Source of the DNA: Amphiscolops sp. MND2022
Lineage: Eukaryota
Direction: 5' to 3'
Length of the DNA stretch: 64,000 nt
NCBI GenBank assembly: GCA_964187785.1
Contig: OZ076413.1
Location: 43,650,001 to 43,714,000, forward strand
Part shown: piece by piece, positions 12,901-23,722 of the stretch
Layout: each line of letters starts with the position of its first letter
Position numbering within the stretch: position 1 is the stretch's first letter
Notes under the pieces: generated by a model
The model's input: only the letters and a program-made list of their open reading frames with translations
What the model was told of the DNA's origin: nothing
The model's database searches: none
Program-made: the position numbers and the translations under genes

Positions 12901-14130
12901 AGCTTCTGTCGGAGGTGCTCTCCTTCTAATTGCACACATGTTCGAACATAGACGTTCTGCGGCCATCCAAATTCGCTTACTGTCGCTGGTTGCTACAGAG
13001 CCAGATACATCGTCGGATGGTGGTAGGAAGGCTGGCGGGCTGGCTTCCTCAATCGCTTCTGGCACATCCAAAGACATCTCGGCGGAACCCGTGCTTCAGG
13101 GCCGGCCTCCGCGTCGCCATATTGCTCAATCGCCTCTCGCATGGTCAGTTGGGGCGCACCTCGGCCCAGGTGGCCAACACGATATGGGGGCCTGACTATT
13201 ACTACACTCTTCATCTGGGGTTGCTGAGGCACATCTGCACGCTTGTCCGGAGGAGGACGACTGGTTGGACTTTCCGTCACCGAGCCAGTGGGGGCAGAGG
13301 CGGCACTTTCTCCCGTTATTCGCTTCCTTCCAGTTTCTTCACGTGGGCCAGTCGCGGTACTGCCACTTGGAGCAGCCGTGGTACTACTGCTGGGTCCAGC
13401 TATGGTCTCGGTGTCCATGGATACTGTTTCGGCTAGAATGGTGGGAGCTTCGCAGCCAAAGGGCTGAGCGGCGGCTTGCAAGTAGTTAGCTAACCCCGGA
13501 ATCCTTTGTTCTACTGCCCGAACGAAGTCGGATGAGTTGGGATAGTTGGCCACGGCTTGCAGTGCTTCGCCCAATGAGATTCAGGTTCGGCACGGGTGGT
13601 AACCGGGACCCCGATGGCTCCCGATCAGAGACTGGTTGATTGGTTGAAGGAATCTGCTGAGTTCCAAATGGTGCTCCAAAAGCAGGCGAGCCAGAATAAG
13701 TTGGCGTCATCGACACTGAATTCGGTGCTACAATTGGCGGCAACGAGGGAGCACTGGCAGGCATCATTCTCAAGGAGGCCTCTTGTTCAAATCTGGTACC
13801 TTGGCTGGGGCCGTATACCGCTGTGGATCGTTCGTCTAGAAATTGATGGGTAAGGTCGTAACCATCCCAGGCGCCATTGGTACATGTCAAGGCGCGGCGG
13901 TAGCCAGCTACCTCAGTTACAATTGAGAGTGACACGCCCGGCAGCGTTTGCATGGTGTCAAGCTGAGTAAGTATTGCTGCCACACCAGCGATGGCCACTG
14001 GCGGAAGGCCATTTCGTAACCTGTCTTCTACAAATTGGGCCTGATTGACTCTCTGCGCTCGCGCAGATTCCTGAGGCCTTGCACTACTAGGCCCTGTTGC
14101 AGGCACGGAGTTGCTTGGGCAGTAGGCCAT
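9929..14130 (-). pseudogene. ORF3 of element A: ~1400-codon protein split into six overlapping ORFs; contains an SGNH-fold-like domain; no Env features
   Basis: ORFs 13486-14130, 12993-13574, 11740-13077, 11081-11860, 10639-11148 and 9929-10723 overlap and can be joined by small indels, e.g. CCG[G]TGGGG ~11780, GTACC(C)AACT ~11088, GTGCCC[C]CTGAG ~10650. Confidence 0.75.
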
Positions 14131-14402
14131 TAATTCATAGGTCTAAAAAGGATGACTGGTAGGTTTACCCGGTGAGTGTTGGTGGGAGCTTAAGGCTCGT
14201 CACCCAGTTACAGTGATACAACATCGGCTCCTTAAGGGAACCGTAACGAACTCAAATCTAACTAACTTAACTAGAACAAAAACATTTGAGGGAGTAGCAT
14301 AACAAATTAATATTTTGGTGGCAAGAGTGTTCAAGACTCTTCCGGGGATATTACAATCAGGCAATGGTAAATGGGGAAAAGGGGTAGATTTAAATGACAA
14401 GG

Positions 14403-17400
14403 CTACTTCAGCCCTATACCTAATATTGACACATACACGCGTCTGTGTAAAACCACATGAATACCAGTACCCTCGAACATGTTCGCTAAGGCATGGTACA
14501 GATTGACCAACGAGAAGGTAGGTCTCTCGGGGTCCAAAATGGGCACAAAGACCCGTGCGGATCCCTTGTCCATTAAGCGCTGTACTAGGTGTGTCATGCA
14601 GCGCAAATAGTCGTCGGTCAGCAGCGGCGCACGCTGGTTTGCTCGTACTATCAGCAGATGAACACTTTGGTTGGGGTTTGGATTAACATCAGGGGGGATG
14701 GTGAGCATCTCGCCCACCTTAGGCCGCAAGGAGAATACTTTTTCTATGCCACATTCTCGCAGCACGTATCGCAAGGCGGCTGAGTTAGTTTTCAGGTCAG
14801 CGGGGCATGCTAACTCAATGTCGCCTTCTGCTTGCAAAAAGTCAGTTTCGTCGTACGAGACATGTTCGGCTGAATTTGGATATAGGGCTCCCGGGTAAAC
14901 AATTTCTCGTCCGGGTCCATTATCGGAGGGGTGGCACACGCGAGGCGCGCGTCCTTGAATCGCAGCCAGGTCTTGCCATACCGAGCTGGGCATCGCTCGA
15001 TTGTCACTTCCGGCTTTGACCCATGTATCCAGAGTCCCCAGGGCGGCTTTTGGGAACAGAGGGACCTCAAATGTGTTAGTCCACTCATCTAGCAATCGAA
15101 TTCTGGGATAGGTGGCGAAGCAGGTAATGATTAGTTCTAACCACCATGCAAATTTCACCTTGCCCCGATACCAATCTACGATGTGGAAGCAAAGTATCAA
15201 GTCCGTAGTAGTCAGGGTTCTAAGACTCTCTAAACAGGACGACAACAGGTGCAGCGGTTCCACGATAGTCTCCACTCGTGGAGCAGTAACCAGCAACCAC
15301 CAATGAGGAGCAGGACTGTATACTCCACCCGGTTCCACTTGCACTCCGTACTTGTCACACAACAGGTCAGCAGTGATGCACCGGGCCATTTGCACGGGTT
15401 CCTTTTCAAAATTGAATGGTCCAAACGCAATATTGTTGGGCACGGGGGGCATCACAGTAGGCAAGGTAAACTCCAGGTCCTTCTCATCAATAGTCCACTC
15501 CTTAAACCGGGGGCAAGGAGCTTTCTCTACTCCAGGTAGTGATAGCTTCTCAAGGATCACGTCCACGGGGTGATTTCCAGATCGTTCCACGGCGGAGTAG
15601 GTTTTTTCGGCCCGCACTGTGAGGCGGTGCACTAGTTTTTCTCTCTCTTCCGGAGGAACTCCCCGGGCTCCAATGGGAACCCTCCGGTTCTCTTTCACTG
15701 CTAACAAGCAGACACAGTCTCGCAGCCCGCAGGTTCCGCATTTGTAGCGCGGCTGTCGCCTACTCCTCAGTTGATATCTTGGAGCTTCGGATGCTTCTGC
15801 AGATTTTGGGTTTTCGGTCTCGGCCTGGGTTGCTGTTTCGGCTAAGGCCTCGGTTTCAATGTTCGTGGTTGATTCTTTCTTCCTCGTTTTTGCCTTTGCT
15901 CGGACTAGCCGTTTCTTCTGCGCCTTGGGCGGTCTCCCCCTCCCCCTTTTAAAAGAAGGAGCGGTCCCCGCTCCGGGCGACGCTGTGGGAATGTTGGGGA
16001 GTTTGGGCTGAACGTCACTCTCATCGCTGGCAGATTTCAGAGGAATTGGGGGAGCGGTCGGCCAGATGGGATAGTTGCTAAGGAAATTAGTCAGTGAGGG
16101 ATTCGTTAATAAAGATGCCGATGTCCCCGGCAATGAGTCCTTATCAGAAGAAGAGATTTGTGGAGACGGTGAGCGCACGCGCTCATGGTCGGAGAATAGT
16201 TGAGGTAGAATACGGGCGGGTGATATTGATTGATCTGAAGCAGCCGGAGGAGCCTCAGGCTCCGCTTGACCTGCATTAAATAGATCCGGAGGTACCGACA
16301 ACATGACATCAGATAATTCGTCATCAGTACCCGACGTGGAATAGTCAAATTGCTGGTAATGCATACGCGAGCCTCCTGCACGTAGCTTTGTACGTAATCG
16401 AGTGTCCATCCAGTGACGTTTGCGTGAGGGCAATGACGCATCGGACGCTTCTGAAAGCAGTTGTTCGGACTTATACGAGGGAAGCGATTTGTCGTCGTCA
16501 ACCACGTCAACAGAGCGTTCAGGCTCGGGGTCCATAAGTACCACTATTTCGCCGCTGTCCGCGGGTGCAGCAGCGAGTTCAAGAGGGCCACTATGATGTA
16601 GTTTGAGGCGCTCGAAATGAACTTTTTGGCCGTCCAGGAAGACTTGCACAACTTTGTGAGGGCCACGCCAAGCGCGCATTAGCTTGGGGGAGCCTTTTTG
16701 CGGCACGTAACGGCAAAAAATCCAGACGAGCTCTCCCGGCTGGTAGGCTCGCGCTTGTATCGCACGATCGTATTTTAGTTTTTGGCGTAGTTGAGCCTGG
16801 TGTGTGTTACGTCGCACCAAGTCATGAATCTCTTGTTGGCGAGCCAACACGTGATCGACGTACGCTTCATGGGTTTCGAAAGATTTGGCGGCAAATTCGG
16901 GGTATAGAAACGTAAGAGGAATGGCTTTCTCCATGCCCCGCGTTAACATGTAGGGTGAGAAGCCAGTGGTAGCGTGCCTCGTTGAATTATAGGCACCCAT
17001 GACTTCGTCTAGACATTGGTCCCAGTCGCGCATGCGGCGGGAGCAAAAGACTCGCAGTAAAATTAATAGTGTTCGACTTTGGCGTTCTACCAGGCCTTGG
17101 GTCCTGGGATGCCCTGCAGTGGAAGTCACTTTCGTGACGTGGGCTGCTTTCAGGAATTCATTGGATACTTCGGCAGTCAAGTTCGGAGCATTGTCTGATT
17201 GCATTCGAGTGGGTGTGCCATGACGGGCAAACCATTTCTGCAGCAAGAACCGAGAGGTAGTTACAGCGTCATAGTCGTGATGACTGCAAGGAACTGCTTC
17301 TGCGAACTTGGAGAAATGATCGATGATGACCAATATGCCAGTGTTGTTGTTGTCTGAGGGGCAGATTTTCAGATGGTCATACTGGACCAGTTCATTGAAG

Positions 17401-20400
17401 TATCCGCTCTGGATATTCTTCAGATGGAATCGGACGTCACCAGGCTTGTCTCACACTTGTTGGCAGGTGAGATATTGGCTAACGTAACGACCCACGCTGC
17501 GTCGAATGCCAGGCCATGTGTGTCGTTCTTGGATTCGGGCTACCACTTTTGAGACACCCTGGTGTCCCATGGCGTCGTGCGCTTGGAATAAGATCTCGTG
17601 TTGATACAGTTGAGGCATGATGATCATGCACGGACGTTCGTGCAGAGGGCGTTGGTTGGGGGAATACCGTACGCAGAGAATATCATTTTTGTTGATGAAC
17701 AAGAGGTCTTTCTTCTGGCGGTGGTAGTTACGTGCGAACTCGCGCACGTTCTCAGGGAAGATGTCGTGGTCAATGGACTCGTTCAGTACCAACTTTTTCA
17801 GTGCCAGTACATGCATATCACGGTTTTGGGCTAAAACCAAATCCTTGATTCCATGCACGGTGTGGGCATGTTCGTGAAGTTCGGTGTTGATGTCTTTGAG
17901 GGCCATGATGGAGTCATGTACACCCGAAGGAGTACCTTGCAGGCTGGCTGCACTCGCTCCGGCAACCAGGTAGACAGTTCGCGAAGGTACGTTGACAGCA
18001 TGCGTCGGCAACAAATAATCTTCACGAGCCTCACCGGTGACATCGATCCAGTCTTCCGGATAGTCTGGGTAGGACTCTTCGTTCGGTTGTAGTGCGAGAG
18101 GGGGTGGCGGCGGCAAGGGCGCTGCTAGCGCTTTTGCTTGTTTCTCTCGTCGGGTTGCCCGTTGAGTGCGGCGAAGAACTCGTAATACTGGGCTGGGAGC
18201 CTTAGGCTCCAGGTTCTGCAGATGCTCGGGGAGATCGGGGTGATTCGGAAACACCCGACCTTGGAGGTCGAACCAGGGGGCAACAGGGAGCTTGTCGAAT
18301 TCTTCAGCCGACACGAAATTCCAACGCTGTCCCGCGGCTGGCAGCTGCGCAAGTTGTTTCTCTCGGCATCGATATTCATTAGTTCGCTTGCTCAAGCCGT
18401 CGGCGTTGCGATGCTGAGTTCGTGGGCGGTGTTCCACGCGAAAGTGATATTTCTCCAGGGTCATGATCCATCGGCCAATCAGTGCTTGATCCGTGGAATA
18501 TGTTTTCAACCATGACAAAGCTTGGTTGTCCACCCTCAGGGTGAACATTCGTGGACAAAGATAACTGTGGTACTTTACAATGAAGTAATAGGCGGCAAAC
18601 ATTCCCATTTCCATACTTGGCTTGTGTGGTCGTGAGTTTCTTGCTGCCATACACAATTGGTTTCAGGCGCCTTTCGCCAGGAGGACCTTGCCATTGGTGG
18701 AGGATGCCAGAGATGGCAACAGCGCTGGCGTCAGTGTCCAGCACGAATTCTCCTTCGGAATCGGGCTGCGCAAGCGCAGTTGCCTCGATCAGTGCTTTCT
18801 TTATTTCGTTAAATGCTTTTTGCTGTTCGGGACCCCAGGTGAACGTGACGTTGAGTCCGGTAACGGTGTGTAAGGGTGCGACTAATTTGGCGTGCCAGGG
18901 AATAAATTCGCGATAATAGTTGGCGAATCCCAGGAAGCTCTGCATTTCTGTTTTGTTGCGGGGAATCTCCCAGTCGCGCAACTTGGCAACGGCTTTCGGG
19001 TCAGGTTTCACGCCTTCCGCGGAGACGACACGTCCCAAATATTTGATCTCCGATTTCATGAAATCGCACTTGGCTACGCGCATTTTGAAACCAGCTTCAC
19101 GGAGGCACTCAAAGACTTCGCGTAGTCGTGCCATGTGGTCTTCTACAGTCTCGGTTGCAATCACAATGTCATCGATGTAGGCCATCACCATGCTGCCTTC
19201 GCGGTTGACAATGTTCCGTAGCGCTCGCTCGCTGGAAAGTGGCTGAAGCGTTACACATGCCGAATGGCATTCGTCGCCACTCAAAAAGTCCTAATTCGCA
19301 AGCAAAAGCGGTTTTGTGACGATCCGCCTTTCGCACAGGAATTTGCCAAAATGCCCAGGCAAGGTCAATGCTGGTGTAAATCTTCGCTTTACCCAGCCGG
19401 GCCAGGCTTTCATCGATTCGAGGCAAAGGGTAGGCATCTTTGATGGTCACCTCGTTTGACGGGCGGAAGTCACAGCAGAAGCGTAACTCTCCGTTTTTCT
19501 TCTTTACCATCACAATGCCACTCGCCCAAGGGGACAGCGAGGGTTGTATCATTCCCAAGACCAAGAGGTTCCGCACCTCTTGGTTGGAACGCTCAGCCTT
19601 TTCAGGGGACATCCTACGAGCACCTTCGCGATGCGGCACAGCCCCTGGCTCCACCTCTACGGTGTGTTTAGCGATAGTACAGCGGCCGATGTCAGCCTTG
19701 TGTTTCATGAACAAATCATCGAACTCATTAATGATCCTACCGAGGGACTCGCTAGCGCCCCATAGCTCTGGATCGGTACGTTTGCGAATTTCACGCTCCG
19801 AAAGTCCTGACTCACTAAGATCAGTTGAGGATAAAAACTCAAATTCTGAAGAAGAAGTCAACTCAGAAGCAGTGGATAGATTCATTTCACTGTACACTTT
19901 ACAAACAAAATTTGCTCGACCGTTGTCGGCGTTAGTTCCTTTATTGGTCGTTGTAGAAGAGCCCAGATTCTGAGGCACTGCCTGGTACACCAATGACACG
20001 GGTACTACGGTGCCCAGTTGAACACCACACCGTACGCGTTGTGGGTTACTGGTGAGGTTTATCAGACTCACGTACAATGTGCCTGTCTCACTGACAGTGG
20101 CCACGCTGTCCTCTAAAAAAACGATGTTATGCAATGAAGTGTCAGATAAAGAGGCGTTAAGCGCTACGCTTTGGAAGATCATTGGCTCCAGCGCATCGGT
20201 GACGAGCTTAGCTCTAGCCACCGCACGTTCGAAAGGCTGCAGGACTACGTCACAGTCCAGAACAACCGGGGTATTTAATGAAGCGTCACCTATCTGTGCA
20301 TGTGCATGATGCCAGACAGGTTTCACTGGTGCTCGCACCACGATCTTCATGGATGTAAGGTCCACTAAGACCTGATAGGAGCGGAGGAAGTTCCGCCCTA

Positions 20401-20665
20401 GGAGGAAGTCCTCCACACCCATACTGTCATCCACCACGACAAAGTTCGTTTCAAGCTCGTATCCTCCCAATTGGAAGTGGATACATTCTGCCAGGCCGTA
20501 GGTCTTTATCGTCTTTCCATTAGCGGCATACAAGTCCACCTGGTATGGTTTCAGAACAGTACCGGTCTGCGCTGCCACTCTATTAAAAGCAGAGAATGTT
20601 AATATGGACACGCCAGAGCCAGTGTCCACCAGTCCTCGCAATGGGATAGGTGCCGCGTGGGGCAC
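14403..20665 (-). pseudogene. pol: pol of element A: protease, dUTPase-like spacer, RT, RNase H, integrase with a long C-terminal extension
   Basis: PR LVDTGSG; RT DAYPLPRID, MPFGMCNA, YIDD; RH LDTDAS...NADGLS; IN HHCC remnant H.AMGH...W....TCQQ, IDHFSK, SDNA, GLVER, WRGPHKV. Frameshifts at ~19210 and ~18610; in-frame TGA at 17451. Confidence 0.95.
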
Positions 20666-20671
20666 GACGAA

Positions 20672-23600
20672 TTAGACAACGAGCGACGCACGCTCATCTA
20701 TACGTGCTTCACCAGTTGGTTCTTGGTGATTTATGTTGTAGCACTTCAGTTCTTGAGGGCCCAGGCATAGGCCAGGTGGGAATACATCCACTACCACGCA
20801 AGCTTCAAACTTCACGTCTACGCCATCCATCGTCGCGCAGACGGGCACTGGAGAGTACGTCGTCAGGGTTTTGGACTCTCCCGGAGCGTACCACTCCTTT
20901 GGACGGGGCAATTCGACTCGTGTGTAGAGGATGGACAACTCGACCCAGAGTTTTGCGAGGGTCAATGTTGGTCTGCGGACTTGTTCGGCAGCTAACAGCA
21001 AGTGGATAGATATTAGCGTTCGTCCTTGCGGATCGAATGTTGTAGGCTCCAAGCAGGTTTGGACTTGCTTAGCACCGCAGGTGAACGTCAACGGAGTGTG
21101 GAATGCAGGTGGCTGCGCCGGGTGTAGCATCAGTACACGATCATCTTCTAGAGGCACTGTATGCGCGGCGACGCCAGCGGATTCGACTTCAGCCCATCGG
21201 TTGTAGGCAAATTCATCGTTGGGCTTCTGGGCTTGGGAGTGCTCGCCACATTGCACTCCGGCATGGTCAAAGACTCCACAGTTGGTGCATTGGTAGATTC
21301 CGGGATAACCTTCGAGAATCCCATCGGTTGTGTCTTCGGCAGTGACTTTCACGCCTTCAGGTTCGGAGGCGGCTAGGGGTTTGCGGGCTTGCTCGCGATT
21401 GGGACACTCGCGAGCGAAATGTCCGTTTTGCCCGCAATGGAAGCAAGCACCTGGTACTCGGGCTGGAATCATAACAGCGGGAGCTGCTGGGGCATTTGAG
21501 GGAGGCGCCGGGGGTGGCAATACGCCTTGTGGCATTGCCATTTTGTTCGGCGGCAACGGTACAAAAGGATGAGGTCGAGACCTCTTGGCTAATCTGGGAT
21601 CGTAAGGTTGTTGGGGTTGTGTTGGTTTGGGACGGTTACGTTGTAGTTGGCGAGTGGTGAAGCGCAAAGATTCCACCGTAGGGGGGTCCGTGAGGAAAGT
21701 TTCTGAGGCATACACTATGGCGAGCTCTCGTCGCAATATTGGGTCTCGCACACCTTCCATAAAGCGTTGCAGGATCTCATAGCGTTTGGTAGTGATACTC
21801 TCCTGCGGGAAGCCCTGACTTCTGAGACCCTCTAGAGCGTCCAGGTACTGCATCCAGTCCTCCTTCTCTTGTTGGACACGACTTTGGAAAGTTTGCCGTA
21901 CCTGCATGCGATTTCCTCCGGCTCCGAAGCGACTGGACAATAGCTCGAATACCTTTTCGGGAGTGTCACGTTCAGACTCGGCTTTGTTGATGATGTAGTT
22001 GCGAGCTTCACCTTCGAGGTGACTGATGATGCTCCAGGCCCGGTCTTCAGCCGAGACCTTGGTCTGAATTCGTTTCAGGTATCTCTGCCAAACGAGGATC
22101 CATCCATCTATAGACCCATCCTTGGAACCGCGATACACGTTGGGTCTGGTTTGGGCCAGATCCCGCCCTGCGAGCAAAGGTGCCAGTTCCTTAGACATAG
22201 CTTTGGATATGGCGGCAGTGAACCTTAGCTGTTCGGGGGAGATGTCTGCAGCCTCTCCTTCCTTGGGTTCTGCCTCGTCCGTTCCATCGTCACTACCGTG
22301 CGTGGCTTGCACCGATAGGTCCATCGTCTCTTCCTGCTTTCGAGTGCTACTCGCACAAGGAGTGCCCGAGGGCATTCCGTCGTAGGCTGTTAGGTCGGCT
22401 GTCAAGTACAGGAAATTTGGTCCAGGCCTTGTAGTAGGGGCTGTCACGTACGCGGCTCCTTCAGTTTGGGATCCCAGTGTGACTTTGGTGCTGGCTAAAT
22501 CAACTTCAGTAGAGGAATCTAGATAGATAGTTGACATTGGGTCCACACCTTGGTCTCGGGTGGCGCTATTGGCTGCAGATGGGGTCAACAGACTCGTAGA
22601 GTAGGAGTCATGGGGCCCTCTCATCTGCACTCGTGCAGGTTTGCGCTCTGTTTCAGACATTATAAGCACTGGATCCTTGACCCGAGTTTCAGGCATTGTT
22701 GGTTTGGAGGCGCTGGGTTTCAGCGCGCTGGTTAACTCCGGCTTTATCGCTCGACTTGGGTGGGGTTGTTCCGGAGCCTTGGTGGAGCTCCCGGCTGGCA
22801 TACCCTCTCCTGCACCAGGTGGTCGCGGGAGGGACCTCCCACGCCTCATGGTGTTAATAGCGTTGAGCACAGTATGCATTTGGTTGCTCAAGTCGTTTAT
22901 TTGGGTCTCCACGCGCAACTCACGGGCCATTAGCAAGTCATTCATTTCGCCCATTCGATGGCCTAGTGTGTCTACTCGGGCACTCTGCACATTCTGCGCG
23001 GTACGCAATTGGTCACTAACTTGTAGCCCTTCCCGCATCGTCATTTGCATCGTTCTAATGTTTTCGACGATGGCATGATGCTGCTCATTGCACTCAGCAC
23101 GAGTGCTGGCTAATCCTGCTAAGGCACGCTGGGTCTCGGCTTGGGCATCCAATAGTGCTGCCTTATACACCGAGGACCGCTGGGACGATGCCACTGAGCC
23201 AGCCGCGCTCCTCGTACGCGGTGCATCGAGGTAGCGTTCCCCCACGTCCATCATGGGCGGTCGCACCCTCTTATGCTTTCCGTAGGCACAAACTCGAGTG
23301 ATCCCTCGAGCGAGTCCCAATCCTTGTGGTCTCAAATAATTCGCGTTTTCCACATAGGTGAGGTCTTGGTCCACAGCAATTTGCAAGCGCGAATTCGTTT
23401 CTTCGCTCAGGGGTGCTCGGGAGCACCCTTCCTCGACTACAGGTTCGTTAGTTACGTTTGAGTTGGGCCACTCCTCTTCTGCCTCGTTGGCTCTTTCGCG
23501 GCATGTCTCGTCGACCCATTGCTCAGTGCGTCGGGAGCTTCCAGAAGTGACTGAACCGTCGGAGGGGGGAGCCATTGCGGCCAGTTCCTCCTTACGTTGT

Positions 23601-23722
23601 TGTTCTATAGTAACTTCGTCAGACATTTCGTCTGAAAAATGCGAACCGTCCATCGAGGATTCATGCGTTGCCCAAGACTGCGAGCTCAGGTCGGATTTCG
23701 CTGGACTTCGCATGGCTACCAT
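20672..23722 (-). CDS. gag: gag of element A (1016 aa): long N-terminal/coiled-coil region, capsid-like domain, CCHC zinc knuckle
   Basis: Capsid-like YRGSKDGSIDGW...LEGEARNY...QTFQSRVQQEKEDWMQYLDAL; zinc knuckle CFHCGQNGHFAREC. Separated from pol by one in-frame TAA at 20672-20674. Confidence 0.9.
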   Translation of the reverse strand: MVAMRSPAKSDLSSQSWATHESSMDGSHFSDEMSDEVTIEQQRKEELAAMAPPSDGSVTSGSSRRTEQWVDETCRERANEAEEEWPNSNVTNEPVVEEGCSRAPLSEETNSRLQIAVDQDLTYVENANYLRPQGLGLARGITRVCAYGKHKRVRPPMMDVGERYLDAPRTRSAAGSVASSQRSSVYKAALLDAQAETQRALAGLASTRAECNEQHHAIVENIRTMQMTMREGLQVSDQLRTAQNVQSARVDTLGHRMGEMNDLLMARELRVETQINDLSNQMHTVLNAINTMRRGRSLPRPPGAGEGMPAGSSTKAPEQPHPSRAIKPELTSALKPSASKPTMPETRVKDPVLIMSETERKPARVQMRGPHDSYSTSLLTPSAANSATRDQGVDPMSTIYLDSSTEVDLASTKVTLGSQTEGAAYVTAPTTRPGPNFLYLTADLTAYDGMPSGTPCASSTRKQEETMDLSVQATHGSDDGTDEAEPKEGEAADISPEQLRFTAAISKAMSKELAPLLAGRDLAQTRPNVYRGSKDGSIDGWILVWQRYLKRIQTKVSAEDRAWSIISHLEGEARNYIINKAESERDTPEKVFELLSSRFGAGGNRMQVRQTFQSRVQQEKEDWMQYLDALEGLRSQGFPQESITTKRYEILQRFMEGVRDPILRRELAIVYASETFLTDPPTVESLRFTTRQLQRNRPKPTQPQQPYDPRLAKRSRPHPFVPLPPNKMAMPQGVLPPPAPPSNAPAAPAVMIPARVPGACFHCGQNGHFARECPNREQARKPLAASEPEGVKVTAEDTTDGILEGYPGIYQCTNCGVFDHAGVQCGEHSQAQKPNDEFAYNRWAEVESAGVAAHTVPLEDDRVLMLHPAQPPAFHTPLTFTCGAKQVQTCLEPTTFDPQGRTLISIHLLLAAEQVRRPTLTLAKLWVELSILYTRVELPRPKEWYAPGESKTLTTYSPVPVCATMDGVDVKFEACVVVDVFPPGLCLGPQELKCYNINHQEPTGEARIDERASLVV

